From contig OX597839.1 of the NCBI GenBank assembly GCA_951406725.2, positions 23,002,001 to 23,066,000 on the forward strand: a DNA stretch of 64,000 nt. The letters run 5' to 3'. Below the pieces are notes generated by a model that was not told the DNA's origin, did not search any database, and saw only the letters and a program-made list of their open reading frames with translations. Each line of letters begins with the position of its first letter. The stretch's first letter is position 1. The DNA is from Octopus vulgaris. Lineage: Eukaryota. Shown here piece after piece: positions 51,413 to 64,000 of the stretch. The position numbers and the translations under genes are program-made.

Positions 51413-51677
51413 CTTGCAGTTTATGTTCGTAGCAGTCAACATCGTGCTCCGACATGGTTTCCTCTGTTTCATCAATACTCGTTGTCCACAAACAGTTTTG
51501 TGGAGTTGCCCGTGGAACCTGATTACTAGAATGTTCCGTTTCAGGGGGATTTGACACGTCGGCTCGTATTGCTCCTCGTACATTCTTCTCTAACCACTGC
51601 CTTGCTCTTGGCAACATTGGAGAATGCTGGTTCCTTAGGAACTCTGAACCTCCTCCATCAACGTGTGATGATGGCAT
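51413..51677 (-). CDS. Start-codon exon (exon 51706-51413) of an unidentified gene: MPSSHVDGGGSEFLRNQHSPMLPRARQWLEKNVRG..EHDVDCYEHKLQ
   Basis: Acceptor tctttctttatttgcag|G, aacATG context, open frame, strong phase-1 donor CAAG|gtaagt. Confidence 0.8.
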
Positions 51678-53444
51678 GTTGAATTTAAATTGGATGATTC
51701 CTTCCCCTGCAAATAAAGAAAGAGACTCTCAGAGACAATGACTACTAACGAAGTATATAACGAGACTTTCTACTATAGACAAAAGGACTGAAATTTTCAG
51801 GGATCGGGTAGTTAATTACATCAACCCCAGTGCATAACTGGTACCTATTTTATCGACCCTGAAAGGAAGAAAGACAAAGTCGACTTCAGCAGAAGCTGAT
51901 CCCAGGTCGTAAAGACAGACAAAATACTGCTAAGCATTTTGTCCAACGCACGAACGATTCTGTTACTTAAACATTTTCTTAGATTAATCCTGGATTATCT
52001 TGCAGCTTCAAGATTTCAATGATGCAATTCTGTCATTCTTAGAATGACATTCTTGGGTAGGTGTGAAAGGGTGGATCTAGCCAGTTTGAATTTAAAACAA
52101 GTAGAATATTTGGGCTGGTTTAAGTACTAAAGAGTCAAAGAGAAACCATCTCAGTAGTTTAGAAGGGAATTTGAAGATGAAGGGCAATTTCTCCTGCCGT
52201 CAGACCCCTAACACCATCCTCAACAATCACTCTTGATCAATCTTTTAAGTTTTAAGGAAAATATAGTGTGTGTGTGTGTGTGTGTATATATGTAAATGAG
52301 CACTCCATCAGTTACAAAGTTGAGGGTTCCAGTAGATACAATCAACAGAACAGCTTGCTTGTGAAATTAAGGTGCAAGTGGCTGAGCACTCCACAGACAC
52401 GTGTACCCTTAACGTAGTTCTCAGGCAGATTCAGTGTGACACAGAGTGTGGTAAGGCTGGCCCGTTGAAATACAGGTACGACTCATTTCTGCCAGTTGAG
52501 TGGACTGGAGCAACGTGAAATAAAGTGTCTTGGTCAAGGACACAATGCATTGCCGGGAATTGAACTCATGACCTTACGGTCATAAGCCAAATACCCTAAC
52601 CACTAAGCCACACACCTTCACTATATATATACTCTTTTTACTCTTTACTCTTTTACTTGTTTCAGCCATTTGACAGTGGCCATGCTGGAGCACCGCCTTT
52701 AGTCGAGCAACTCGACCCCGGGACTTATTCTTTTTGTAAGCCCAGTACTTATTCTATCGGTCTCTTTTTGCCGAACCGCTAAGTGACGGGGACATAAACA
52801 CACCAGCATCAGTTGTCAAGCAATGCTAGGGGGACAAACACAGACACACAAACACACACACATATATATATATACATATATACGACAGGCTTCTTTCAGT
52901 TTCCGTCTACCAAATCCACTCACAAGGCATTGGTCGGCCCGGGGCTATAGCAGAAGACACTTGCCCAAGATGCCACGCAGTGGGACTGAACCCGGAACCA
53001 TGTGGTTGGTTAGCAAGCTACTTACCACACAGCCACTCCTGCGCCTATATATATATATATATATATATCATGCTAAATGTATAGTATTAAATATCCATCA
53101 CTGCATAAGCACCTAAAACCTTGCAAGGGACACTTCAGCTTTTAAAATAAACGTGTGTCTGTATGATGCACGCATGCAATTCGAGTCGCAGACAGTAGAG
53201 ACAGGAATCATGCCACCTACACTAGGGGCAGCTCAAATTTCCTTAAATTCCATACCTCAACTTTGGCAACTGCTAGATCTCATAAGAAAGACTAGATTTA
53301 ATATATTCTACATTTAGAGTTGATAAATGTTGGCAAGAACATTTCAATCGCAAAAAGATATTCCAAAAAAGCATTCAACAACTCAACTCAAAGCCTTCAT
53401 CTTACTCTCATCAACAAACACTTTGACCAGTAAGCTATGCAGAT

Positions 53445-53533
53445 CTCTCTCTCTCTGTCTGTCTATCTATCTATCTATCTGTATATCTATCTATCTATAT
53501 ATATATCTATCTATATATATATATATATATCTG

Positions 53534-53564
<31 letters not shown>

Positions 53565-53601
53565 GTCTATCTATCTATCTGTCTATCTATCTATCTATCT
53601 G

Positions 53602-53644
<43 letters not shown>

Positions 53645-53925
53645 GTCTATTTATCTGTCTATCTATCTATCTGTCTATTTATCTGTCTATCTATCTATCT
53701 GTCTATTTATCTGTCTATCTATCTATCTGTCTATTTATCTGTCTATCTATCAGATATCTATCTATCTGTCTATCTATCTATCATATATCTATCTATCTAT
53801 CTATCTGTCTATCTCTGTCTATCTATTTATCTATCTATCTGTTTATCTATCTATCTACTATCTATCTACTATCTATCTATCAATCTATCTGTCTATCTTT
53901 CTGTCTGTCTGTCTGTCTGTCTGTC
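53445..53925. repeat. (TCTA/TCTG)n microsatellite
   Basis: Directly visible. Confidence 0.95.
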
Positions 53926-54020
53926 TCTCCTTTTTTCCAGTTTTTTCACAAATAAAGATCTTTAAATCCAGTCTTTTCTGCTCTCGTTTCCATGTTGCGT
54001 ATTGTTGTGCACGTACTTAC

Positions 54021-54650
54021 ATATTTAAATTCGAGAGAACTATAAATATGGCTTTGGAAATAAAGTTATGAAAAGCAAACAGACAAAACAAGAGAACCGA
54101 ACGGGGAAAATAGAATTCATAAAGTTAAAATTTCTGCAAAAGCAAATACGACAAAAACAAACTGAACAAAACAAAACAAAACAAAAAGAAAAGAAAAAAC
54201 CTGAAATAAATCACGGAAATTTTCCCAGAATTTCATAAAAGAACATACAAGTTGAACAAGCTTCATTGAATTTCAAGAGAATCATATTCTCTTCGACTCC
54301 ATTTAACAAACAAAGAAGATTAATTTGGTTCTGTATCTATTTCATGGATAGCTTTTTTGTTCCTTTCTTTCTTTCTTTCTTTCTTTCACCCACCCACCCC
54401 CCGTCTTCCATTCCAAGACATAATTCAAACGGTTTTACATCGTTTTGTTATTTAGCGTTTGGAATCAGTTTTAATTTTTCTCGTTGCATCTTTAGAGAAG
54501 AGGGGGTTAGCGAAGGATGGATTATCTAAAAGTTGGGGGGAAAAAAAAAAAAAAAAAAAGTAACCCCCCCCCCCACCGCTGCTGTCACTGCCTCTTCCTG
54601 CCCACCCCCACCCCCCTCCGGCAAAATCATAAAATGACAAACGTGAAAAA
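54021..54650 (-). promoter_or_regulatory. Candidate non-coding first exon/promoter; 5' limit uncertain
   Basis: Donor AT|gtaagta at 54021/54020; TE-free unique stretch with a GC-rich patch at 54560-54620; splicing to 51706 puts an in-frame TAA upstream of ATG 51677. Confidence 0.45.
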
Positions 54651-54982
54651 ATGGTTTGCATAAAAGACAGGTTGTTTTTATGGCATCGGTGGAATTAAAA
54701 TAAGTATGGGCATGTTTATTGCGTGTGTCTGTTCGCATTCGTATATATGTCTGGCTGAGCGTGTGTGTATGTGTGCCTGTAATAAGCATGCTTGTGTCTA
54801 CGTCTTCTGCGTATGTGTTACTCTTCAGTTGAATAGGAATAAATCATGAGGAATACACATCTTGGCAGACATTCTATAAACCTGCGTTTACAATTTGCTT
54901 TGTGTGTGCAGAAATGTCAAGAGGAATTCATACATACATGGACATAAATTTTCATCTACAGTATTCAGGTATATTATAACAT

Positions 54983-55018
<36 letters not shown>

Positions 55019-55445
55019 TATGCATATCTATAAATGTGCATTTGTGAGTATATATATGTACATATATGCATATGTGTGCATGTATGTATACATATGTGTA
55101 TGTGTATATATACACATATATACACACACACATATATATAAAAGTATGTATGTATGCATGTGTGTGCATATATATATATATATTCCTCTTTTCAACAAGA
55201 CAACTGCTCCTCTCTCTCTCTCCCTATCATAGCTTCTCATTCCTCCAGTCTATATCCAGCTCAGTTGAGGAGTTTTATCTTGCAGGTACTTGGTGACCTC
55301 ACAGGTGCTGGTGCCACAAAGAAAGGGTGCAGTACACTCTGCAGCAAATTGGTTGGTGTTAAGAAGGGCATCCAGCTGTAGAAATCCTACCAAAGTAGTC
55401 ACAGAACCTGATGGAGCCCTTTAGCTCACCTGTTCTCATTGAACC

Positions 55446-55667
55446 TATTTCTTTACTACCCACAAGGGGCTAAACACAGAGAGCATAGACAAACGGATTA
55501 AGTCGATTATATCGACCCCAGTGCGAAACTGGTACTTTATTTATCGACCCCGAAAGGATGAAAGGCAAAGTTGACCTCGGCGGAATTTGAACTTAGAACG
55601 TAGCGGCAGATGAAATACCGCTAAGCATTTCGCCCGGCGTGCTAACGTTTCTGCCAGTTCGCCGCCT
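55446..55667 (-). mobile_element. SINE-B inserted in the (GAT)n-tailed retroposon
   Basis: TSD TCATTGAACC at 55436-55445 and 55668-55677. Confidence 0.9.
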
Positions 55668-56654
55668 TCATTGAACCGTCCAACCCCTCACCAACATGAA
55701 AAACAGGACTGATGATGAAGAGGATATATATATACTGGGTGCAGGGAAAAAATTGTCGCCTAAATTACAGATTGCACTGTCCTCAGATTGACATCAAAAC
55801 ACTCTGAAATGTTCATATTGGAGCTTCTGGGCATGAATGCCAAGCATGTTGTTTCCAAATTTCTGGGCATGAGTGAATTGCATCATGGTGCTGTTTTTCT
55901 CACAGACTGTGCCCAACTGACCCTACTATACTGTGTTGTTGGCAAAATCAAAAACAAACAATGCATATGCACGAAAGTAGAAATACAAAATCGCAACACT
56001 TTACCCATCACACCCTGTATATATGTGTGTATATATGACCAACCAATCTCTCTTTGTTCATCAGATGTAATATATCAAGAATCAAATAACCTAACAGCAT
56101 CATCATCATCATCATCGTCATCCCCATTTAACGTCTGTTGTCCATGCTGGCATGGGTTGGATGGTTTGATTGGGCTGGCATACTGGAAGGCTGCACCAGA
56201 CAGACTCCGGTCTTTTTTTTTTTTTTCAAATGAGGTTTGATTTAAGGGGAATTCAACCACCATTTTTTGCAGCAAGAGTAATTTTTAAGCTAAAAAAATA
56301 ATAGTAATTCAGAATAAGATAAAATATAGAAAATGTCAACCTCAGTGAAGTTTGAACTCAGGACACCGAGTAGTGTAGTTTAATACAGCAGGGTATGCTT
56401 TGTCCATTGTTCTACAGTTGCTGTCAACTTACAGGTTTACTCTCTCTTTTACTCTCTTTTACTTGTTTCAGTCATTTGACTGCGGCCATGCTGGAGCACC
56501 GCCTTTAGTCGAGCAAATCGACCCCAGGACTTATTCTTTGTAAGACCAGTACTTATTCTATCGGTCTCTTTTGCCGAACTGCCAAGTGACGGGGACGTAA
56601 ACACACCAGCATCGGTTGTCAAGCAATGCTAGGGGAACAAACACAGACAAACAT

Positions 56655-56689
<35 letters not shown>

Positions 56690-57435
56690 CATATATACGA
56701 CAGGCTTCTTTCAGTTTCCGTCTACCAAATCCACTCACAAGGCATTGGTCGGCCTGGGGATATAGCAGAAGACACTTGCTCAAGATGCCACGCAGTGGGA
56801 CTGAACCCGGAACCATGTGGTTGGTTAGCAAGCTACTTACCACACAGCCACTCCTGCGCCTATTTGATGCAGTTTTTCAAAAAAAAAAAAGAATAAAAGG
56901 GGGGGGTACCTTATTTTATGTCAGTTGTGTGTTACCTTTCAACAAGTGGTTTGTGCATATAGCACCCCTACCCCACCCACCCACATCCACCACAATAAAC
57001 CTCATAAAGAGGAAATATTACCAAACTTCCCGTCTTCCTTCCAGTTTATTATCTTCGTCGAAAGTCATAAAGCACGAAACATTTCTCTTTAAATAACTTT
57101 CACAATAATATTTCAAAAACTTGATAACGCAGTCATACGTAGACAGAGTATATTACAAAGTATGTGTGTGTGTATATGAATATATATATGTGTGCATGTG
57201 TGTGTATAAATGTTATTGTGTGTGTGTAGTCAATAATGTCATCAGTTATAGATTTCCAATGATCTAATCACAGTTTACACTGTGTTTCCAATGGCAAGAG
57301 TGATGAGGGAGTGTCTGAGTACGTTCAAGCACAATAAACAACACAAGACATTTTGGGGGTCGATGTATCAATTTCTTGCTGACGTGTGTAGCTTTGTGAC
57401 CCATAAACACTCACACACACAGATGTACACATACA

Positions 57436-58372
57436 TGCGAGATTGCGTTGAAAAGTTCCTGGCTTTGGGGAAAAAAAAAAACATATTCCCCTCTCAGATT
57501 CACACATTTATTGCAGCAGTCCTTCAGTTTTTCTAAGCCCTGTAAAAGAACTCGAAATGTTGGGCCTCCAACTAGGCCTTTCGTGACACCCTGGTCTTAC
57601 TTATTGCAATGGTCCTTCAGTTTTTCTAAGCCCTGTAAAAGAACTCGAAATGTTGGGCCACCAACCAGGCCTTTCGTGACACCCTGGTCTTACTTATTGC
57701 AGCAGTCCTTCAGTTTTTCTAAGCCCTGTAAAAGAACTCGAAATGTTGGGCCTCCAACCAGGCTTTTCGTGACACCCTGGTCTTACTTATTGCAATGGTC
57801 CTTCAGTTTTTCTAAGCCCTGTAAAAGAACTCGAAATGTTGGGCCTCCAACCAGGCCTTTCGTGGCACCCTGGTCTTACTTATTGCAATGGTCCTTCAGT
57901 TTTTCTAAGCCCTGTAAAAGAACTCGAAATGTTGGGCCTCCAACCAGGCCTTTCGTGACACCCTGATGTTACTTATTGCAATGGTCCTTCAGTTTTTCTA
58001 AGCCCTGTAAAAGAACTCGAAATGTTGGGCCTCCAATCAGGCCTTTCGTGACACCCTGGTCTTACTTATTGCAATGGTCCTTCAGTTTTTCTAAGCCCTG
58101 TAAAAGAACTCGAAATGTTGGGCCTCCAACCAGGCCTTTCGTGACACCCTGGTCTTACTTATTGCAATGGTCCTTCAGTTTTTCTAAGCCCTGTAAAAGA
58201 ACTCGAAATGTTGGGCCTCCAACCAGGCCTTTCGTGACACCCTGGTCTTACTTATTGCAGCAGTCCTTCAGTTTTTCTAAGCCCTGTAAAAGAACTTGCA
58301 ATGATGGACCTCCAACCAGACCTTTTGTGATTCTCTTAAAATCAAGAACTTTCCAGCATGCTTTCCTACCTA
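57436..58372 (-). mobile_element. mariner-derived non-autonomous element containing a 93-bp tandem array
   Basis: Ends GAAAAGTTCCTGGCTT / AATCAAGAACTTTCCAGCA; minus strand encodes QGLEKLKDCCNKCVNLRGEYV. Confidence 0.75.
57508..58330. repeat. 93-bp tandem repeat, ~9 copies
   Basis: Units at 57508, 57601, 57694, 57787, 57880, 57973, 58066, 58159 and 58252. Confidence 0.95.
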
Positions 58373-58756
58373 TGCAGACACACACACAACTGGCTTCCAT
58401 GCAGTTCCTGTGAACCAGATTTTTACTCCATGACATTAGTTAACATCACTTTTTTCAGGAAGATACTTGCTTAAGGGACCATGCTGCAGAGTCAAACTAG
58501 ACCCAGATGGTTCTTAATTACACAACCTTGGGCAAGAGTTTTCTACAATAGCCTCGGGCTGACCAAAGCCTTGTGAGTGGATTTGGTAGACGGAAACTGA
58601 AAGAAGCCCATCATATATATATATGGTTGCATTCAAATGACAAAAACCAAGCAAAAGAATAAAAGAACAAAGGAATAACACCAAAGTCAGGTCAGATGCG
58701 GGTTGGTATATGCCCCTGCTTGGGTTGCTCTAGGAAACCCTCCAAGCATTGTCCCT

Positions 58757-59604
58757 GTTAGTCCCCATCTCTGCAAAATACTTCTTCATCTGCCACGACC
58801 ATGTGGCATGTGGTTGACCAACATGAGCTGTCAACCCAGCTGGATCCTCAGTGAAGAGAACACAGTAAGCAGGGTCTGACTCAGAAGATCAAGTAGCATC
58901 GCCAAACAGCCTGGGCTGGGCTCCCAAATCAGACAAATAACAGGACTCTTCTTAGTTTCTGAGTAGAGTTGTTCGTTGAATACGAAATCCAACCAATGGT
59001 AATCCATAACCTTGCAAAGAGTCCTGGTACCCACTAGCGTAGCTGGGGGAGGGGGCACTAGGAGTAGTCCACCCTGGGTGACACTTTTACAGGGGTGGCA
59101 TTTTTGGGTCTGCTGTAGGCAATATGTGTTTTTGTGGGGTCCAGGAGCAGCAAACTGAAGGGCCGACCCGGGTGGCACACACTTTAGCCCGGGTACACAG
59201 AGCTGGTGCCAAAGGAGCTCAAGGTGGCTCCCAAAAGCACCCAGACAGTGTCCAAGTCTCACAACTATAGAACAAGACAGGAAGGACCAGAGACTTAAAG
59301 ACCCAAACCTTTGTCTTCTGCACAAAGACCCATCAAATACAGTCCCAGTCAGTCCCTATCTGCACAAGATACCACTTCATCTGCTGCGACCATGTGGCAT
59401 GTGGTTGACCAACATGAGCCATCAACCCAGCCGGATCCTCAGTGAAGAGAACTCAACAAGCAGGATCTGACTCAGAAAATCAAGCAACAGGGCCAAGCAT
59501 TGTGAACCGGGGCTTCCAAATCATACAAGTGACAGGACACATCCCAGTTTCTGTGTAAAGTTGCTGGTTTGATATGAAATCCGACCAATAGTAACCCATA
59601 ATCC
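58757..59604. repeat. Diverged ~255-bp direct repeats (58757-59010, 59347-59604)
   Basis: Shared GACCATGTGGCATGTGGTTGACCAACATGAGC..GGATCCTCAGTGAAGAGAAC.. Confidence 0.8.
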
Positions 59605-59660
59605 TATTTCGCATAAAACTACGAATTATATAGAATTTAACAGGACAGTTAAAACTCTGT

Positions 59661-60052
59661 GGAGGTGCAATAGCCCAGTGGTTAGGGCAGCGGACTCGCG
59701 GTCATAGGATCGCGGTTTCGATTCCCAGACCAGGCGTTGTGAGTGTTTATTGAGCGAAAACACCTAAAGAGCTCCACGAGGCTCCGGCAGAGGATGGTGG
59801 TGATCCCTGCTGTACTCTTTCACCACAACTTTCTCTCACTCTTACTTCCTGTTTCTGTTGTACCTGTATTTCAAAGGGCCGGCCTTATCACTCTCTGTGT
59901 CACGCTGAATATCCCCGAGAACTACGTTAAGGGTGCACGTGTCTGTGGAGTGCTCAGCCACTTACACGTTAATTTCACGAGCAGGCTGTTCCGTTGATTC
60001 GGATCAACCGGAACCCTCGTCGTCGTAACCGACGGAGTGCTTCCATCCATCA
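59661..60052 (+). mobile_element. Full-length tRNA-derived SINE, family C
   Basis: A box TAGCCCAGTGG, B box GGTTTCGATTCCC, shared 3' tail and CCAT/CAT repeats. Confidence 0.9.
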
Positions 60053-60347
60053 TCAGTTAAACCTGTGAACATGGTGAGAGAAAACGAATTTGAGGAAGAG
60101 AAGAAGCATAGGTTTTTGAATATCAGTTGAAAATGGAGAGATTAGATGCTGATTTCAGCTGAATATTATAGAATATGGGTGAATATAAGGTTAAACTCTC
60201 AGGTCACAATTGTTATTGAATCAAATTTCTAACTTAGCAAACTCTGACCTGGATGAGTTTGAATTAACTTGAGAATGTTTACATTAGAGTCCATTAGATT
60301 CATAATATTTATTTTTGCATGATTTGGGTAAAGTAAATTTTTAAGTT

Positions 60348-60393
60348 AGAGAGAGAGAGAGCAAGAGAGAGGGAGAAAGAGAGAGGGAGGGAG

Positions 60394-60464
<71 letters not shown>

Positions 60465-60563
60465 AAGAGAAAGAGAGAAAGAGAGAGAGAGAGAAAGAGA
60501 AAGAGAGAGAGAGAAAGAAAGAGAGAAAGAGAGAGAAAGAAAGAGAGAAAGAGAGAGAAAGAA

Positions 60564-60655
<92 letters not shown>

Positions 60656-60689
60656 CAAGAGAGAGAGAGAGAGAGAGAAAGAGAGAGCA

Positions 60690-60770
<81 letters not shown>

Positions 60771-60790
60771 AAGAGAAAGAGAGGGGAGGG
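60348..60790. repeat. ~440-bp (GA/GAAA)n polypurine tract
   Basis: Directly visible. Confidence 0.95.
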
Positions 60791-61039
60791 AGACAAAATG
60801 ACCCAGACAAATGATCAATATATCAACAGGCAAGACTTAAATAAAATATCGATAATAATGAAAATTAATATCAATAAAACCAGTTATGAATTCCTTTTGT
60901 CTCTTCGATATCGGCTTTATTCGAGAGATAGGAGGAACGCAGAGATAAGTACCGTGTGAAGAGCTAAGCAGGACAATCGCTGCCAGTGAACATTAAATAC
61001 GGATCTTCCAATAAAGGTCTCGAAAATTCCAATAGTGTA

Positions 61040-61288
61040 CATAATAATAGTAATAATAGTGATGATGATGATGATGATAATTCTTTCTACTAAATAACAA
61101 TAATAATAATAATAACAATAATAATAATAATAATAATTCTTTCTACTAAATAACAATAATAAAAATAATAATAATAATAATTCTTTCAACTTAATACACA
61201 CACACATATATACATATATATATATACATATATATGTATATATATATATATACATCATCATCATCATCACATGATGATGATGATGATG

Positions 61289-61361
<73 letters not shown>

Positions 61362-61386
61362 GTGTGTGTGTGTGTATATATATATA

Positions 61387-61440
<54 letters not shown>

Positions 61441-62385
61441 AAATTGAAAGAAATAGAAAAATCACAACAGCAATTTATTTTTAAAAAAATGAAATCTGAA
61501 ATTGAAGATATAAAAAGAAGAACAAGAAGAAGAAGAAAAAAATAACTGATGCAGAATGAAAATGTAAAAAAAATATTTATCTCTCAATTTTTGCAGTTTT
61601 TCTCTGGTTTTAAATCAATAAAATTATGAGTTAATATTGAAATTATAGCATGGGAAACAATTTCATCAATTTTCTTAAAGAATGCCGAGTGTACTCAAGT
61701 CTTAGATTAGAAGGAAAATTTCCAAGAGATTTCTTTTCTTCAATGAGATTGTTTAGAACATCTTCCAGCAGTGTGTGTGTGTGTGTGTGAGTGCTTTGTA
61801 GTCATATAATGCACATACATACAGTCATATACATACAATCAAACATAGCTGCTACATGTGGTAAACTAGGTTTTTTTATATACTACATAGACATACACGC
61901 ACACACACACTGATGCCTATATATACATACATATATATATATATACACACATACATACATACACATATATGCATATTCACAAATATATACATATATATAC
62001 AAACACATATATATATATATATATATATATACACTTATATACACACTCACACACACATATAGATACATTTATGCACACACACGTGCACACACACACACAT
62101 ATACACACATTTATTCGCAAATATATATATATATATATATATAAATATACAATACATATATATATATTTTCTATACATATATATACACATATATATACAT
62201 ATACATACATATGCATTTATATATATAGAAATATACACGTAATATATATACATATATATCACCACATGTGTGTATGTATAATACATATACATACACACAC
62301 TCATATAAACATGCACACACACTCACATATGTTATATGTGTTACACACACACATTGTGTGTGTGCGTGTGCGTACGTGTGTGTAG
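61040..62385. repeat. Mixed (AAT), (GAT), (TA), (TG) and (CA) microsatellites
   Basis: Directly visible. Confidence 0.9.
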
Positions 62386-62861
62386 ACACAAGCATAGATA
62401 TGCAGTTAGGAATTTCCCTTCACCATCAAGTGGTTAAGTGGTTCCTGGTTCAATCCACCACCACCACCACCACCCCTTCAATGAATGTCTTCTCGCACGC
62501 CATCTTGTCTGTATTTATGTTTGCACAAATTAAAAAGCAAATCTATTGTGCTTTACGAATTGCATCCTTGTACTCATCATAACTTAGTAGTTCAACAAAC
62601 AGAGTTAGATAAATTACATATTCGGCTGAAAGAAGAACAGCAGCCAATGTAATTGGCCAAATGAAACTGAACTGAGATGCACCAGCATGGCCACAGTCGA
62701 AAGGTTGAAACAGTAACCAAAGGTGAATGACTTGCTAACATAAACCATGCTTTTGCTAATTGTTTCAGGTGTCTATGTAGTCCCAGTTACAAGTAGACAT
62801 CTGTTGGAGATCCTACTCTTGTTGCAGTGAGACATCAAGGACATGGCAACTATTATTATTA

Positions 62862-62892
<31 letters not shown>

Positions 62893-62921
62893 CATTATTA
62901 TTGTTATTATTATTATTATTA

Positions 62922-63390
62922 TTGAGTGAGAGAGCAGTGCATGCCATCAAAGTGACACTGGGGTAAAATATACGAAGCCCAATATACCCATCATGACTAC
63001 CCGTCTGATAAAGGTACACCAGGCACATGCATCACAACCATATGTGCGCGACATGGTGATCTCATATCAAGATAAACAGCACATGACCTTGCAGGTGGGG
63101 CCCAGTTAGAATTTTCTTCAGGTCGAGTAGCCCATCCGCTCAAACGGTCCCTGAATAAGGGTTGTTTAAGGATGTTGAAAGAACCACCCATGTTTCCAGA
63201 GGTGAACTATTCAAACCCCAAAGAATCCCTCTCAACACATGACTATGATGCTCCTCCACTACTTCTGCTCGTGATCAGAGATGCACATATCGTCAGCCAC
63301 TAAGGGACATGCTCAACTGGTTAAGGTCAAACAACTGACAAGCAAATCTGTGGTATTGAGCAGAATATTTGCTGTAGCCCATCTTTTATA
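62922..63390. mobile_element. Second copy of the (ATT)n-embedded repeat
   Basis: Matches 39857-40328. Confidence 0.85.
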
Positions 63391-63439
63391 CTATTATTAT
63401 TATTATTATTATCATTATTATTATTATTATTATTATTAT

Positions 63440-63935
63440 AATTCAGTAGTCTCATTTTCATAATGTGCCTTCACTTCACTACCGAGCGCAGCTCTGTGTG
63501 CCTTGGGTATGTGCTGTGGTTTGTTGTGATGCTCTTATTTTTACTGTATTGAAAGTGTTTTATGTAGGATGTGTGCAGTGCCTAGTAGTGCAATTTTCTG
63601 TATGTTATATGTGTTTGTAAGTCCTGGTGTTTTTGTTATGTATTTGTCTGAATATTTTTTTATCATGCCTAATGCACCTACTATGATAGGAATTGTTTCT
63701 GTTTTTAGATTCCACATTCTGGTTACCTCTATTTCCAGGTCTTTGTATTTTGAAAGTTTCTCCATTTCTTTTAGAGAAATGTTGTCATCTGCCGGTATTG
63801 ATATATCAATTAGAAAGCATTTTTTTTCTTCTAGATCTCTGACAACTATATCTGGTCTGTTGGCCTTAATTTCTCTATCTGTGCGTATTGGCATATCCCA
63901 GAGTATGGTTGCTTTCTCGTTTTCTGTGACCTTTT
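63440..63935 (-). mobile_element. 5'-truncated RLE-type non-LTR retrotransposon (R4/Dong-like); uninterrupted restriction-like endonuclease C-terminus ending at 63541
   Basis: ILWDMPIRTDREIKANRPDIVV..LIDISIP..EKLSKYKDL..PIIVGALG..ALLGTAHIL (PD..D motif); both ends in (TAA)/(GAA) microsatellite. Confidence 0.92.
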
Positions 63936-64000
63936 CTTCTTCTTCTTCTTCTTCTTATTATTATTATTATTATTATTATTACTTTTTTTTTTCTTCTTTC

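Noticed and set aside
59661-59735. tRNA gene
   Set aside because: A/B boxes are present, but the sequence runs into a shared SINE body and tail and lacks a proper acceptor stem
60895-61035. CpG-containing unique islands (also 34130-35240, 45060-45500) as further promoters
   Set aside because: No clear donor, ORF or core promoter motif to support a call

Overview
AT-rich eukaryotic DNA, dense in microsatellites and transposons. The tRNA-headed SINE families and repeat landscape look like an octopus (coleoid cephalopod) genome, which is an inference. Most of the window appears intronic. A minus-strand gene of unrecognised identity is supported by well-formed exons: a 5'UTR exon ending at 54021, a 294-bp start exon at 51706-51413, an alternative first coding exon at 30725-30521, and weaker downstream candidates at 14.1, 11.0, 6.0, 3.9 and 1.8 kb. 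Mobile elements include three SINE families, a (GAT)n-tailed retroposon, 3' fragments of RLE-type (R4/Dong-like), CR1 and RTE LINEs, hAT/piggyBac/Tc1-mariner MITEs, and Helitrons. Most ORFs in the supplied track are microsatellite or SINE artefacts. The most notable signal is about ten type-I hammerhead-ribozyme motifs of the Penelope-like (PLE) kind, belonging to unrelated non-coding families and mostly embedded in long inverted repeats. They include a canonical one (50903-50988, minus), a back-to-back two-strand pair (20234-20326) and a recurrent non-canonical core variant (42926-42961). Also notable are a 93-bp satellite built from a mariner transposase C-terminus and a SINE that repeatedly inserts after ACC, twice at the same site of another retroposon. 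All calls are by eye; no searches or folding programs were run.
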